Under the pieces are notes generated by a model, which worked only from the letters and a program-made list of their open reading frames with translations, was not told the origin of the DNA and searched no databases. From Solirubrobacterales bacterium (GTDB taxonomy: Bacteria > Actinomycetota > Thermoleophilia > Solirubrobacterales > 70-9): a stretch of DNA of 27,157 nucleotides. The stretch spans positions 1 through 27,157 of the forward strand of contig JAWVFM010000348.1 of the NCBI GenBank assembly GCA_033856015.1, read 5' to 3'. A program made the position numbers and the translations under genes. Numbering within the stretch: position 1 is the first letter of the stretch; the number at the start of each line of letters is the position of its first letter. Shown here piece after piece: positions 1 through 9,058 of this stretch.

Positions 1-1
1 C

Positions 2-730
2 GGGCAGGCGGTGCTCACGCGCGCGACCCGGATCCTCTCCGAGGCTGATGCGCTCGCCAGCGAGGTCGACGAGGTCCGGGGGCTCACCCGGGGGCGCCTG
101 GTCGTCGGCGGGATGCTCCCGGCGGGAGGGATCGACCTGCCAGCCCTGCTGCTGCGCTTCAAGACCCTCCACCCGGGCGTCGAGGTCCAGCTTCGCGAGG
201 GCACAGCCTCGGACATGGTCGAGCGCCTGCGGGGTGACGAGATCGACGCCGCGATCGCGATGCTCGAGCCGCCTGAGATCCCGGAGTCCCTGGCTTGGCG
301 AAGGCTCGGCAGCGAGCGCCTCGTGCTGTGGATGGAGCCTGGGGATCCCCTCGCGAAGCGAAAGCGAATCGGCCTCGCGGAGCTCGACGGGCGCCCGTTC
401 GTCTCGTTTCGGCCCGGCGCCGCGGTACGCAGCCTGGTCAACCGCGCGTTCGCGGATGCCGGCGTCTCGCCGGAGTTCGCGTTCGAGACGAACGACCTCT
501 CGATGATGCGCGCGGTCGTCAGCCGCGGCCTGGGCATCGCGGTGATCCCGGAGACCGTCGCCGCCTGGGGCGGGCCGGGTCTCGTCTGGCGTCCGCTGAC
601 GCCGGTGCTCGAGCGCTCCGTCGCATTCGTCTGGCGCCGCGAGCGCCACCAGCCCCCTCCCGCCGCAGCATTCATCGCGTTCGTCGAGGAGATCAGCCAG
701 ATGCCACAAGCCGGCGCGGCTGGCGGCTGA
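2..730 (+). CDS. LysR-family transcriptional regulator, 5'-truncated (HTH lies upstream of the window)
   Basis: Frame is open from base 2 (GQAVLTRATRILSEA, the linker helix after a LysR HTH). It continues into substrate-binding-domain patterns: RGRLVVG, LPALLLRFKTLHPGVEVQLREG, GDEIDAAI, ETNDLSMMRAVVSRGLGIAVIP. Confidence 0.92.
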   Translation, partial: GQAVLTRATRILSEADALASEVDEVRGLTRGRLVVGGMLPAGGIDLPALLLRFKTLHPGVEVQLREGTASDMVERLRGDEIDAAIAMLEPPEIPESLAWRRLGSERLVLWMEPGDPLAKRKRIGLAELDGRPFVSFRPGAAVRSLVNRAFADAGVSPEFAFETNDLSMMRAVVSRGLGIAVIPETVAAWGGPGLVWRPLTPVLERSVAFVWRRERHQPPPAAAFIAFVEEISQMPQAGAAGG

Positions 731-3700
731 ATCCCGCGTCGAGGAGGACGAGCTCCATGTCCGAGCCGATGACCGCCTCGCCGTCGAGGCGCTCCACCGA
801 AAGCCTCGGGAGCGTCCCGGCCTGAGTTGCGCCAACGAGTTCGGCGATCGCCGCAGCGAGTGCCTCTCCCTCGAGCTCCGCGAGCCTCAGAATTCCGCGC
901 CCGCCGCGCTCCACGTAGAGCTTCGGCGCGCCGTCAAGGGTCAGGACGTAGGCGCCGGGCGTGCGGCTGGGGCGGCGATTGCCCGGGAGCTTCGGCCATG
1001 AGAGCGAGGCGCCGTAGGGGTTGGCGGGATCGGTGGCCGCCAGCACCAGGTACTCCTCGGGCGCAGGCGGCAGGGTGCGCATCCGCTCGATCGCGCCGGA
1101 CAGCGCAAACTGGGCGCCGCCGAGGCCCTCGACGAAGTACCCCCGCCGCGCCGTTCCCAGGACCTCGAGGTTGGAGAGCTCCCCGTAGAGGCTCGAGAAG
1201 CCACCGGGGACTCCCTCCGCCAGGACCGTCTCGCGGGTCACCACCCCGAAGCGCTCGAGCATCAGCTCCGCCTGCGCCCGCAGGCGCGGTCCCACCGAGG
1301 GCGCGTCGGCGAAGAGCGGGCCGGTGAGCGACCAGCGGCCCTGGACCGCCTGTCCCGTCCCCGAACGCCGCGTGGCGAAGCGCCGCCCGGCGCGCGCCTG
1401 ACTGCGGACGGCCGAGAGGCGCCGCGCGCGGAGCGGCGCCCAGGCGTCGTTCGTGGCCTCCCCGGCCCAGGCCAGGTCCCAAAGCGCCGCATGGAGCTCC
1501 TCGTTCGAAAGCTCGATCTCGGTCGCGAGGTCGATCCAGAAGCAGGCGCCGGCGGCGAGGCGTTCCCGGATCGCGTCGTGGGCGTCCCCCTGTGGGCTTT
1601 CCAGCTTGGCGTTCGCCGGCGGCGGCCCGGCGATTCGCACGTCCTCGCGGAAGTAGATGGCGACGCGGCCGGTCGCGCCCAGGGCGCCGGCGCCGATCCA
1701 GACGAGCTCACCCGCGGTCGAGAGCTGGTCCAGCCAGGTCGGGCTGTAGGCGCCGATGCGCCGTGGCAGCACATCGCGCTCCCAGACCTCCGGGGTCAGC
1801 GTCACGCCCTGCAGCGCGACCAGTGCCTCGCGCAGGCGATCCGGCCCCGCGCCGGCCGGACGGTGCGCGTCCACGTTCTGCCACTGGGGCAGGAAGCGCG
1901 CGAGCTCCACCTGGTCGACGGCCTCGGCCTCCTTGCGCAGGTGGGCCAGGCTCGCCCGGCGCACCCGGCGAAGGACCTCCGAGTCGCACCACTCGCGCTC
2001 CGACCCTCCGGGCAGGAGCTCGCCGCGGACCAGCTCGCCGGCACGTTCCAGCTCGCGGAGAGCCGCGGCGGGGTCGACGCCGTAGCGCGCGGCCGGACGC
2101 GCCGTCGGGAACGGCCCGTGCGTGCGCGCGTAGCGGCGGAGCAGCAGGACCATCGAGTCGGGGACGTCGGCGAGGTAGCTCTCCGGCAGGCCGGCGGGCG
2201 GCGGCACGCCGAGCGCGTCGCGGTACATGCCGGCGTCCTCGGCCGCGATCCAGCGCTCCTCGCCGGCGACCCGCACCCTCACTGCGCGGCGCTCGGACTC
2301 GAGCTTGGTCAGCATCGAGAGCGCCGAGTAGCCCTCGGCAACCCGCTCCTCGCACTCCTCGGCGGTCAGGTCTCCCAGGCGTCGCAGGATCTGCTGGAGG
2401 CCGTCGCGATCGGGGGCCTTCGCCTCCGGCTTGCGGTGCTGGAGTGAGTCCTCAACGTCCTCCAGCGCCTCCGGGTCGATCAGCTCGCGGAGCTCCTCCT
2501 GGCCGAGGAGCTCCCGCAGGAGGTCACGGTCGAGCGCGAGCGCGGCGGCGCGCCGTTCGGCGTTCGGCGTGTCGCCCTCGTACATGTAGGTGGCGACGTA
2601 GTCGAAGAGCAGCGACGAGGCGAACGGGGACGCGGTCGGCGTCTCCACCTCCACGAGCGAGATGCGCCGCGTCTGCAGGTCGCGAAGGAGGCCCTCCAGC
2701 GCCGGCACGTCGAGGACGTCTCGCAGGCACTCACGGTAGGTCTCGAGGATCACGGGGAACCGCGGGAAGTCCTTGGCCACCTCGAGCAGGCTCTGCGACT
2801 TCAGCCGCTGCTGCCAGAGCGGGGTGCGCTTGCCCGGGTAGGCGCGCGGGATCAGGAGCGAGCGGGCGGCGTTCTCTCGGAAGCGGGCTCCGAAGAGCGC
2901 CGATCCGCCAAGCTCGGCGACCACCAGGTCCTCGACCTCGTCGGGCTCGATCAGGACCATGTCCCCGGGCGGCGGGGTGTCCGCGTCGGGGAGGTGGACG
3001 ACGATGCCGTCGTCGGACCAGATCGCGTCGGCCTCGAGGTCGCTCTCCTCGCGGATGCGGCGGGCCAGCGCCAGTCCCCAGGCCGCATGGACGCGCCCGC
3101 CGAACGGCGAGAGGATGCACAGTCGCCAGTCGCCGATCTCGTCCCGAAACCGCTCGACGACGATCGTCTCGTCCGAGGGCACGACCCTGGTGGCCGCCTG
3201 CTGCTCGCGCAGGTACGCCACGAGGTTCTCCGCTGCGCGGCGGTCCAGGTCGTAGTCCTTCGCAAGCTTCTTCGGCGTCATCGAGACCGCCTCGCGCGCG
3301 AAGGCGCCGATCGCCCTGCCGAGCTCCGCCGGTCGCCCGATGCCATCCCCCTTCCAGAACGGGACTGCCCCCGGGGTGCCCGGCGCGGGCGTGACGATGA
3401 CCCGGTCGCGCGTGATCTCCTCGATCCGCCAGGTGGTCGCGCCGAGGAGGAAGGTCTGGTTCGGCCGGGCCTCGTAGACCATCTCCTCGTCGAGCTCGCC
3501 GACGCGCCGGCCGTCCGGCAGGTGCACCCCGTAGAGGCCGCGGTCCGGAATGGTCCCGGCGTTCGTGACCGCGAGCTGGCGGGCGCCCCTGCGGCCGCGG
3601 ATGGTGCCCGCCGTGCGGTCCCAGACGAGGCGCGGGCGCAACTCGGCGAACCGGTCGGACGGGTAGCGGCCGTCGAGCATGTCCAGGACGTTCTCCAGCT

Positions 3701-5168
3701 GCTCGCGACCCAGGTCCGAGAACGACTCGGTCGCCGTCACGACTCGCTCGACCTCCGCGACCTCCCACTCCTCGTCCGCGCACATCGAGACCAGGTGCTG
3801 GGCGAGGACGTCGAGCGGGTTGCGGGGGATGATCGTCTCCTCGATGTCGCCGTCGCGCATCCGCTTCGCGACGACGGCGCACTCGACCAGGTCGCCGCGG
3901 AACTTCGGGAAGATCCGCCCGACGGAGACAGCGTCGAGGGTGTGGCCGGAGCGGCCGATCCGCTGCAGGCCCCGGGTCACCGACTTTGGCGACTCGATCT
4001 GGATCACCAGGTCGATCGCCCCCATGTCGATCCCAAGCTCGAGCGACGAGGTCGCGACCAGGCACGGGAGCTGCCCGGACTTCAGGAGCTCCTCGACGAC
4101 CTGGCGCTCCTCGTGGGCGAGCGAGCCATGGTGCGCTCTCGCGATTTCGACCAGGGAGCCGCTCGCTGGGGGCGCGTGGCCCGCGTGCTCGGTGGCGGGA
4201 AGCTCCTGCTCGGGCTCGTCGTTCGCCAGCTCATTCAGGCGCTTGGCGATCCGCTCGGCGGCGCGGCGGTTGTTGACGAAGACAAGGGTGGAGGTGTGCT
4301 CGCGGACCAGCTTCAGGATCTCCGGGTAGATCGCCGGCCAGATCGAGCGCTGGTTCATCGCTCCGTCGAAGTTGGCATCCAGCTGGTCGCCGTCCGCCTT
4401 GCCGGCTCCCGGATCGCTCATGTCCTCGACCGGCACGTGGATCTTGAGGTCGAGCTCCTTGCGGATGCCGGCGTCGATCACCTCGCAGTCGCGCCGCGGC
4501 CCGACGAGGAACTGCGCGATCCGCTCGAGCGGCCGCTGCGTGGCTGACAGGCCGATTCGCTGAACCTCACCACCTGCCCCGGCCTCCTCCGAGGTCCTCA
4601 CGAGATGCGACAGGCGTTCGAGCGTCAGCGCCAGATGCGCGCCACGCTTGGTCTGCGCGACGGCGTGGATCTCGTCGACGATCACCACGTCGACCCCGGT
4701 GAGGATGTTGCGCGCCTGCGAGGTCATCATCAGATAGAGCGACTCAGGCGTCGTGATCAGGATGTCCGGCGGCTTCCTGAGCATCGCCTGGCGCTCTCGC
4801 TGGGGCGTGTCCCCGGTGCGCAGGCCCACGGAGATCTCCTCTCCGCCGATGCCCTTCAGCGGCGCCCGGAGGTTCCGCTCTACGTCGTAGCTCAGGGCCT
4901 TCAGGGGCGATACGTAGACGAGCTTCACGCCCGAGCCCAGGCGCTCGGGCTGCTTGGCGAGGCGGTCGATCGCCCACAGGAACGCGGCGAGGGTCTTTCC
5001 CGAGCCGGTGGGCGCGCAGATCAGCGTGTTCGCGCCCGAGGCGATCGCGGGCCAACCCATCGCCTGGGCGGGCGTGGGGGCCTCGAACGACGCCTCGAAC
5101 CAGCGCCGAACGGGCTCGGAGAACCGCATCAGCGGTGATTCCGCACTCTGTTTCGGTCGAGTCGCCAA
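693..5168 (-). CDS. lhr: Lhr-family SF2 ATP-dependent DNA helicase, long form with C-terminal extension
   Basis: Walker A APTGSGKT, YVSPLKAL, TTPESL, DEIH, GLSATQRP, AHHGSL, ATSSLELGID, LQRIGRSGH and a C-terminal DPANPYG. The start is either TTG at 5168 or ATG at 5129. The 3' end overlaps the convergent LysR gene by 38 bp. Confidence 0.95.
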   Translation of the reverse strand: MATRPKQSAESPLMRFSEPVRRWFEASFEAPTPAQAMGWPAIASGANTLICAPTGSGKTLAAFLWAIDRLAKQPERLGSGVKLVYVSPLKALSYDVERNLRAPLKGIGGEEISVGLRTGDTPQRERQAMLRKPPDILITTPESLYLMMTSQARNILTGVDVVIVDEIHAVAQTKRGAHLALTLERLSHLVRTSEEAGAGGEVQRIGLSATQRPLERIAQFLVGPRRDCEVIDAGIRKELDLKIHVPVEDMSDPGAGKADGDQLDANFDGAMNQRSIWPAIYPEILKLVREHTSTLVFVNNRRAAERIAKRLNELANDEPEQELPATEHAGHAPPASGSLVEIARAHHGSLAHEERQVVEELLKSGQLPCLVATSSLELGIDMGAIDLVIQIESPKSVTRGLQRIGRSGHTLDAVSVGRIFPKFRGDLVECAVVAKRMRDGDIEETIIPRNPLDVLAQHLVSMCADEEWEVAEVERVVTATESFSDLGREQLENVLDMLDGRYPSDRFAELRPRLVWDRTAGTIRGRRGARQLAVTNAGTIPDRGLYGVHLPDGRRVGELDEEMVYEARPNQTFLLGATTWRIEEITRDRVIVTPAPGTPGAVPFWKGDGIGRPAELGRAIGAFAREAVSMTPKKLAKDYDLDRRAAENLVAYLREQQAATRVVPSDETIVVERFRDEIGDWRLCILSPFGGRVHAAWGLALARRIREESDLEADAIWSDDGIVVHLPDADTPPPGDMVLIEPDEVEDLVVAELGGSALFGARFRENAARSLLIPRAYPGKRTPLWQQRLKSQSLLEVAKDFPRFPVILETYRECLRDVLDVPALEGLLRDLQTRRISLVEVETPTASPFASSLLFDYVATYMYEGDTPNAERRAAALALDRDLLRELLGQEELRELIDPEALEDVEDSLQHRKPEAKAPDRDGLQQILRRLGDLTAEECEERVAEGYSALSMLTKLESERRAVRVRVAGEERWIAAEDAGMYRDALGVPPPAGLPESYLADVPDSMVLLLRRYARTHGPFPTARPAARYGVDPAAALRELERAGELVRGELLPGGSEREWCDSEVLRRVRRASLAHLRKEAEAVDQVELARFLPQWQNVDAHRPAGAGPDRLREALVALQGVTLTPEVWERDVLPRRIGAYSPTWLDQLSTAGELVWIGAGALGATGRVAIYFREDVRIAGPPPANAKLESPQGDAHDAIRERLAAGACFWIDLATEIELSNEELHAALWDLAWAGEATNDAWAPLRARRLSAVRSQARAGRRFATRRSGTGQAVQGRWSLTGPLFADAPSVGPRLRAQAELMLERFGVVTRETVLAEGVPGGFSSLYGELSNLEVLGTARRGYFVEGLGGAQFALSGAIERMRTLPPAPEEYLVLAATDPANPYGASLSWPKLPGNRRPSRTPGAYVLTLDGAPKLYVERGGRGILRLAELEGEALAAAIAELVGATQAGTLPRLSVERLDGEAVIGSDMELVLLDAGFSRQPRRLVASG

Positions 5169-5175
5169 ACCGTCG

Positions 5176-5181
5176 ATGTTA
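5176..5181 (-). promoter_or_regulatory. Putative -10 element (TAACAT) for lhr
   Basis: TANNNT hexamer 7 nt upstream of the TTG at 5168, with no Shine-Dalgarno visible. Confidence 0.45.
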
Positions 5182-5213
5182 CGCCCCGGCCGAGTCGGCC
5201 CCGGCGGCGGCTC

Positions 5214-6215
5214 TCAGCGCAGCGTCTTGCCGTACTGGCGCTCGTAGTACGCGCGGTACTCGCCGGAGCGGATCGGCTGCCACCAGGCCTCGTTGTCGCG
5301 ATACCAGGCGACCGTGCGCTCGATGCCCTCGTCGAACCCCACCGTCGCGCTCCAGCCGAGCTCCTCGCGGAGCTTGTCCGAGCCGAGCGAGTAGCGGCGG
5401 TCGTGGCCGAGGCGGTCGGCCACGTGGTCGATCAGCGACTCGTCGCGCCCGGTCAGCTCGAGGATGCGCCGGACGACGTCGATGTTCGCCCGCTCCTCGG
5501 GGCCCCCGGCGTTGTAGACCTCGCCCGGGCGCCCGGATTCCAGGACGACGTCGACGGCTGCGGCGAAGTCGTCCACGAAGATCCAGTTGCGCACCTGGGC
5601 CCCGTCGCCATATACCGGGAGGCGATCACCCGCCAGGGCGTTCAGGATGCAGAGCGGGATCAGCTTCTCCGGATGCTGTCGCGGGCCGAAGTTGTTCGAG
5701 CCCCGAACCACCAGTGCGTCCGCTCCGTAGGTGTGGTGGAAGGCGCCGACGATCAGGTCGCCTCCCGCCTTCGAGGCCGAGTAGGGCGAGGAGGGCTGGA
5801 GCGCGGACGACTCCGTGAACGAGCCGGCGGCGATCGAGCCGTAGACCTCGTCCGTGGAGACCTGAACGTGGCGAATGCCGGCCTCGTTTGCCGCCTGGAG
5901 CAGCACGAAGGTCCCGAACACGTCGGTCTGGATGAACTCCCCGGGTGAGGCGATCGAGCGGTCCACGTGCGACTCGGCGGCGAAGTTGACGACCGCGTCA
6001 ACGCCGTCGATCGCCGCGGCGACCGCGGCCGCGTCGGCGATGTCGCCTTCGACCAGCTCGAAGCGGGCAGGGTCGAGGCCGTCGAGGTTCTCGACGCGCC
6101 CGGCGTAGGTCAGCTTGTCGAGCACGCGAACCGTGTCGGCGGGATGGGTCTCCAAGCGCTTACCGACGTAGCTCGAGCCGATGAAGCCGGCGCCCCCGGC
6201 GACCAGAACCTTCAC
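5214..6215 (-). CDS. rfbB: dTDP-glucose 4,6-dehydratase
   Basis: GGAGFIGS, LDKLTYAG, NFAAESHVDRSI, VSTDEVYG, YSASK, NNFGPRQHPEKLIP, DRLGHDRRY. GTG start at 6215 overlaps the rfbD stop (GTGA). The ORF-track start at 6377 adds a non-homologous leader. Confidence 0.96.
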   Translation of the reverse strand: MKVLVAGGAGFIGSSYVGKRLETHPADTVRVLDKLTYAGRVENLDGLDPARFELVEGDIADAAAVAAAIDGVDAVVNFAAESHVDRSIASPGEFIQTDVFGTFVLLQAANEAGIRHVQVSTDEVYGSIAAGSFTESSALQPSSPYSASKAGGDLIVGAFHHTYGADALVVRGSNNFGPRQHPEKLIPLCILNALAGDRLPVYGDGAQVRNWIFVDDFAAAVDVVLESGRPGEVYNAGGPEERANIDVVRRILELTGRDESLIDHVADRLGHDRRYSLGSDKLREELGWSATVGFDEGIERTVAWYRDNEAWWQPIRSGEYRAYYERQYGKTLR

Positions 6216-7063
6216 ACAGGCACCCCGGCCCGCTCGCGCTCGCGCAGGTACTCGCGCAGGCCGTCCCGCCACGAGGGCAACCGGGTGCCCCGCGGGCGTT
6301 CGGTGCCCAGGACGGAAAACGCCGGTCGCGGCGCGGGGCGGGTCATCTCGGCGGCCGTCGCGTAGAGGACGCGGCACTCGACGTCTGCCTGGTCGAAGAT
6401 CTCCTGCGCGAACTCGTACCAGGAGCAGCTGCCGGAGCTCGCGAGGTGGTGGATCCCGTAGTCGTCCGACTCGAGGAGCTCCGCGATGGCGGTGGCCAGG
6501 TGGCGCGCGTACGTCGGGCAGCCGACCTGGTCGGCGACGACCATCACCTCCGGCTGCTCGCGACCGAGGCGGAGCATGGTCTCAACGAAGTTCCTGCCAC
6601 CGAGCCCGAAGAGCCAGGACGTGCGCACGATCAGGTGCTGCGGGTTGGAGATCGCGACCGACGTCTCGCCCGCCTGCTTCGAGCGCCCGTAGGCGGAGAT
6701 CGGCCCGGTCACGTCGGACTCGACGTACGGCCTGCGGTTGCGGCCGTCGAAGACGTAGTCGGAGGACGGGTACACGACCGTCGCCCCGACGCTCGCGGCG
6801 GCGGCGGCCAGTGTCGCCGCGGCGCTGTCGTTGATGAGCATCGCGCCCGGCTCGTCCGACTCCGCTCGGTCGACGTCCGTGTAGGCGGCGCAGTTGACCA
6901 CAGCGGATGGGCGGAGCTCCGCGACGACATCGCCGACCGCCGCGGCGTCGGTCACGTCGAGCTGGTCGTGGGAGAGGCCGATGGCCTCGTGGCCACGAGC
7001 CGCGCAGGCCTTCACGAGGTAGGCGCCCAGCATCCCGGCGGCCCCGGTCACGAGGACCCTCAC
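6212..7063 (-). CDS. rfbD: dTDP-4-dehydrorhamnose reductase
   Basis: VLVTGAAGMLG, VNCAAYTDVDRAE, SSDYVFDG, YGRSKQAGE, VRTSWLFG, DQVGCPTY, APRPAFSVL. GTG start at 7063 overlaps the rfbA stop (GTGA). Confidence 0.95.
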   Translation of the reverse strand: MRVLVTGAAGMLGAYLVKACAARGHEAIGLSHDQLDVTDAAAVGDVVAELRPSAVVNCAAYTDVDRAESDEPGAMLINDSAAATLAAAAASVGATVVYPSSDYVFDGRNRRPYVESDVTGPISAYGRSKQAGETSVAISNPQHLIVRTSWLFGLGGRNFVETMLRLGREQPEVMVVADQVGCPTYARHLATAIAELLESDDYGIHHLASSGSCSWYEFAQEIFDQADVECRVLYATAAEMTRPAPRPAFSVLGTERPRGTRLPSWRDGLREYLRERERAGVPV

Positions 7064-8139
7064 GGAATCGTCACCTCGGAGTTGTCGCCGATGATCATCC
7101 GAACCGTCTTCGGCAGGGACTCGGCGCGCGAGAGCTTGACGTTTCGCCCGAGCAGGCTGGCCTCCAGCCGCGACTCGAGGTTCGTAACGCTGCAGCCGGC
7201 GAGCAGAATCGAGTGCTCGACCTCCGAGCCGGTGATGGTCACGTCCTCGCCCACCGACGTATAGGGGCCGATGTAGGAGTCCGACACCCGGCTGCCGGCG
7301 CCGATCACCGCCGGGCCGCGGACGACCGAGCGCTCCACGACGGCGCCGGCCTCCACGACGACCCGGCCCTCCACCTTCGACGCCACGATCTCGCCGTCGA
7401 GGCGGGAGTCCTGATCCGAGAGGACCAGGCGGTTCGCCTCGAGCATGTCGGCGAGCTGGCCGGTGTCCTTCCACCAGCCGGAGACCCTGTGGCTCTCGAC
7501 CTTGCGTCGGGAGTCGATCAGGTACTGGATCGCGTCGGTGATCTCGAGCTCGCCCCGGGCCGACGGCTCGATGGCGCGCGCCGCCTCGAAGATCGCGGCC
7601 GTGAACATGTAGACGCCCACGAGCGCCATGTCGCTGGGGGGGTCGGTCGGCTTTTCGACGAGGCGGACGACGTCGGTGCCCTCGAGCTCTGCCACCCCGT
7701 AGTGCCAGGGATCGGGAACCTTGGTCAGGAGGATCAGGGCCTCCGGGGTGCTTTTGCGGAACTGGTCCACGAGGTCGGTGATGCCGTCGCGCAGGAGGTT
7801 GTCGCCGAGGTACATGACGAACGGGCTCTCGCCGATGAACTCCTCCGCCGTGAGGACCGCGTGCGCCAGGCCGAGTGGCTTCGCCTGGGGGATGTAGGTG
7901 ACGATTGCGCCCAGCCCGGACCCGTCGCCGACCGCCGCGCGGATCTCCTCGCCGGTCTCGGGCGCGATGACGATCCCGATGTCCGTGATCCCGGCGTCGA
8001 CGAGGGCCTCGATGCCGTAGAAGAGCACCGGCTTGTTGGCAACCGGGACCAGCTGCTTCGCCGACGTGTGGGTGATCGGCCGCAGGCGGGTTCCGGCGCC
8101 GCCGGACAGGATCAGGCCTTTGAGGCTCGGCGATGCCAT
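7060..8139 (-). CDS. rfbA: Glucose-1-phosphate thymidylyltransferase, long form with C-terminal beta-helix-like tail
   Basis: GLILSGGAGTRLRPIT, KQLVPVANKP, QAKPLGLAHAV, YLGDN, VEKP, SARGELEITDA, WWKDTG, followed by RGPAVIG/YIGPYTSVG repeats. Confidence 0.95.
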   Translation of the reverse strand: MASPSLKGLILSGGAGTRLRPITHTSAKQLVPVANKPVLFYGIEALVDAGITDIGIVIAPETGEEIRAAVGDGSGLGAIVTYIPQAKPLGLAHAVLTAEEFIGESPFVMYLGDNLLRDGITDLVDQFRKSTPEALILLTKVPDPWHYGVAELEGTDVVRLVEKPTDPPSDMALVGVYMFTAAIFEAARAIEPSARGELEITDAIQYLIDSRRKVESHRVSGWWKDTGQLADMLEANRLVLSDQDSRLDGEIVASKVEGRVVVEAGAVVERSVVRGPAVIGAGSRVSDSYIGPYTSVGEDVTITGSEVEHSILLAGCSVTNLESRLEASLLGRNVKLSRAESLPKTVRMIIGDNSEVTIP

Positions 8140-8148
8140 GGCCAGCGG

Positions 8149-8154
8149 AGGCTA
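8149..8154 (-). promoter_or_regulatory. Putative -10 element (TAGCCT) for the rfbA-D-B operon
   Basis: TANNNT hexamer 9 nt upstream of the ATG at 8139, with no Shine-Dalgarno. Confidence 0.4.
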
Positions 8155-8167
8155 GCGTTGCCGGCGT

Positions 8168-9058
8168 TCAGCAGGGTGCGAACCGGGAGTCCGGAACGTG
8201 TCGTTTCACGAGGGTGGAGAACCGCCTCGAGCGCGCCGCGCCACACACCTGGTTGCGGACCGCCTCGGGCGAGCGACGGCCGCGCCGGCGCCAGTCAGCC
8301 GTGTACTCGGCCTGGAAGACCGCCTTGCCCGCCCTGATGAACGGCATCTCTCGCGCGCACTCGTGGTAGAAGAAGCACTCCTCGTTGAGCGACCAGTCGA
8401 AGGCCCCGGCAAGCTTGCGGTCGAGGACCTCGACGCCGTTCTTCATCCCGACCGAGAGGCCGCGGCTGTGGGCCTCCCTGGCCACCTTCAGGTACCAGGC
8501 CCGCTCGTCGCTGCGCTTGATCGGGAAGCCGGGGTGGTTTCCGAGCGGGTTGTTCTGATCCGGCTCGACCCCGTCGCAGCCGATCGACCGCGCGAGCTGC
8601 AGGCGCGCCCAGATGATCGGGGCGAAGCGCTGCCAGGAGCCTTTGCGGATGTCCAGCCAGCGCTCGCCGCTCCAGCCGGTGTTGCGGCCGATCACGGAGC
8701 TCGGGAAGAGCGACGCGTCCGGTTCGTAGGACTCATACGCGCCGCTGTCCATGTAGCAGACGGCGGCGATCCCGTGCCTGTGAAGGCGCCGGATGATCCC
8801 GGCGTTCTGGCCCATGGGGAAGCGGGCGCTGCCAAAGCCCCGGACGCGCACCGTCCGGGCCGAGGGCACGGCGTCGGTGAGATCGACGTCGTACATGTCG
8901 ACGTGGCGCAGGCGCCCGATGCGCCCGACGATCTGCCACTGCCAGGTGGCTCCGGGAGCAGGGCTCCAGCGCTTGGCGAGCGCATTAGCTGCGGCGCACG
9001 CTGGTGGCGCGAGCAGGAGCTCCGTCAGGAAGAGCCCGATTACCGCGGCCCGCCTCAG
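8168..9058 (-). CDS. Secreted GH114-family endo-alpha-1,4-polygalactosaminidase-like glycosidase; start probably the non-canonical CTG at 9058
   Basis: WQWQI, MYDVDL, AVCYMDSGAYE, GERWLDIR, GCDGVEPD, GLSVGMKNG, NEECFFYHEC, KAVFQAEY. The frame upstream of the called ATG (8896) encodes WQWQI and a hydrophobic signal-like stretch. Confidence 0.85.
   Translation of the reverse strand: MRRAAVIGLFLTELLLAPPACAAANALAKRWSPAPGATWQWQIVGRIGRLRHVDMYDVDLTDAVPSARTVRVRGFGSARFPMGQNAGIIRRLHRHGIAAVCYMDSGAYESYEPDASLFPSSVIGRNTGWSGERWLDIRKGSWQRFAPIIWARLQLARSIGCDGVEPDQNNPLGNHPGFPIKRSDERAWYLKVAREAHSRGLSVGMKNGVEVLDRKLAGAFDWSLNEECFFYHECAREMPFIRAGKAVFQAEYTADWRRRGRRSPEAVRNQVCGAARSRRFSTLVKRHVPDSRFAPC

Noticed and set aside
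827-5138. Long plus-strand ORFs opposite lhr (e.g. 1592..3394, 1491..2447, 2994..4547) and alternative-frame minus ORFs
   Set aside because: Arg/Pro/Ala-rich or antisense shadow frames typical of high-GC coding DNA. They have no motifs and lie fully over a well-supported gene.
5182-5205. Possible PafBC box upstream of lhr, and the GGCCGA-G-TCGGCC palindrome
   Set aside because: The TCGG-containing hexamer (ACTCGG) is at N8, not N10, from the -10, and the N10 hexamer is CGACTC. The palindrome is short and almost all GC, so it is expected by chance.
6216-7474. ORF-track N-terminal extensions of rfbB (to 6377) and rfbD (to 7474)
   Set aside because: The extensions run inside the upstream genes. 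Rossmann motifs begin right after GTG starts that overlap the upstream stops.
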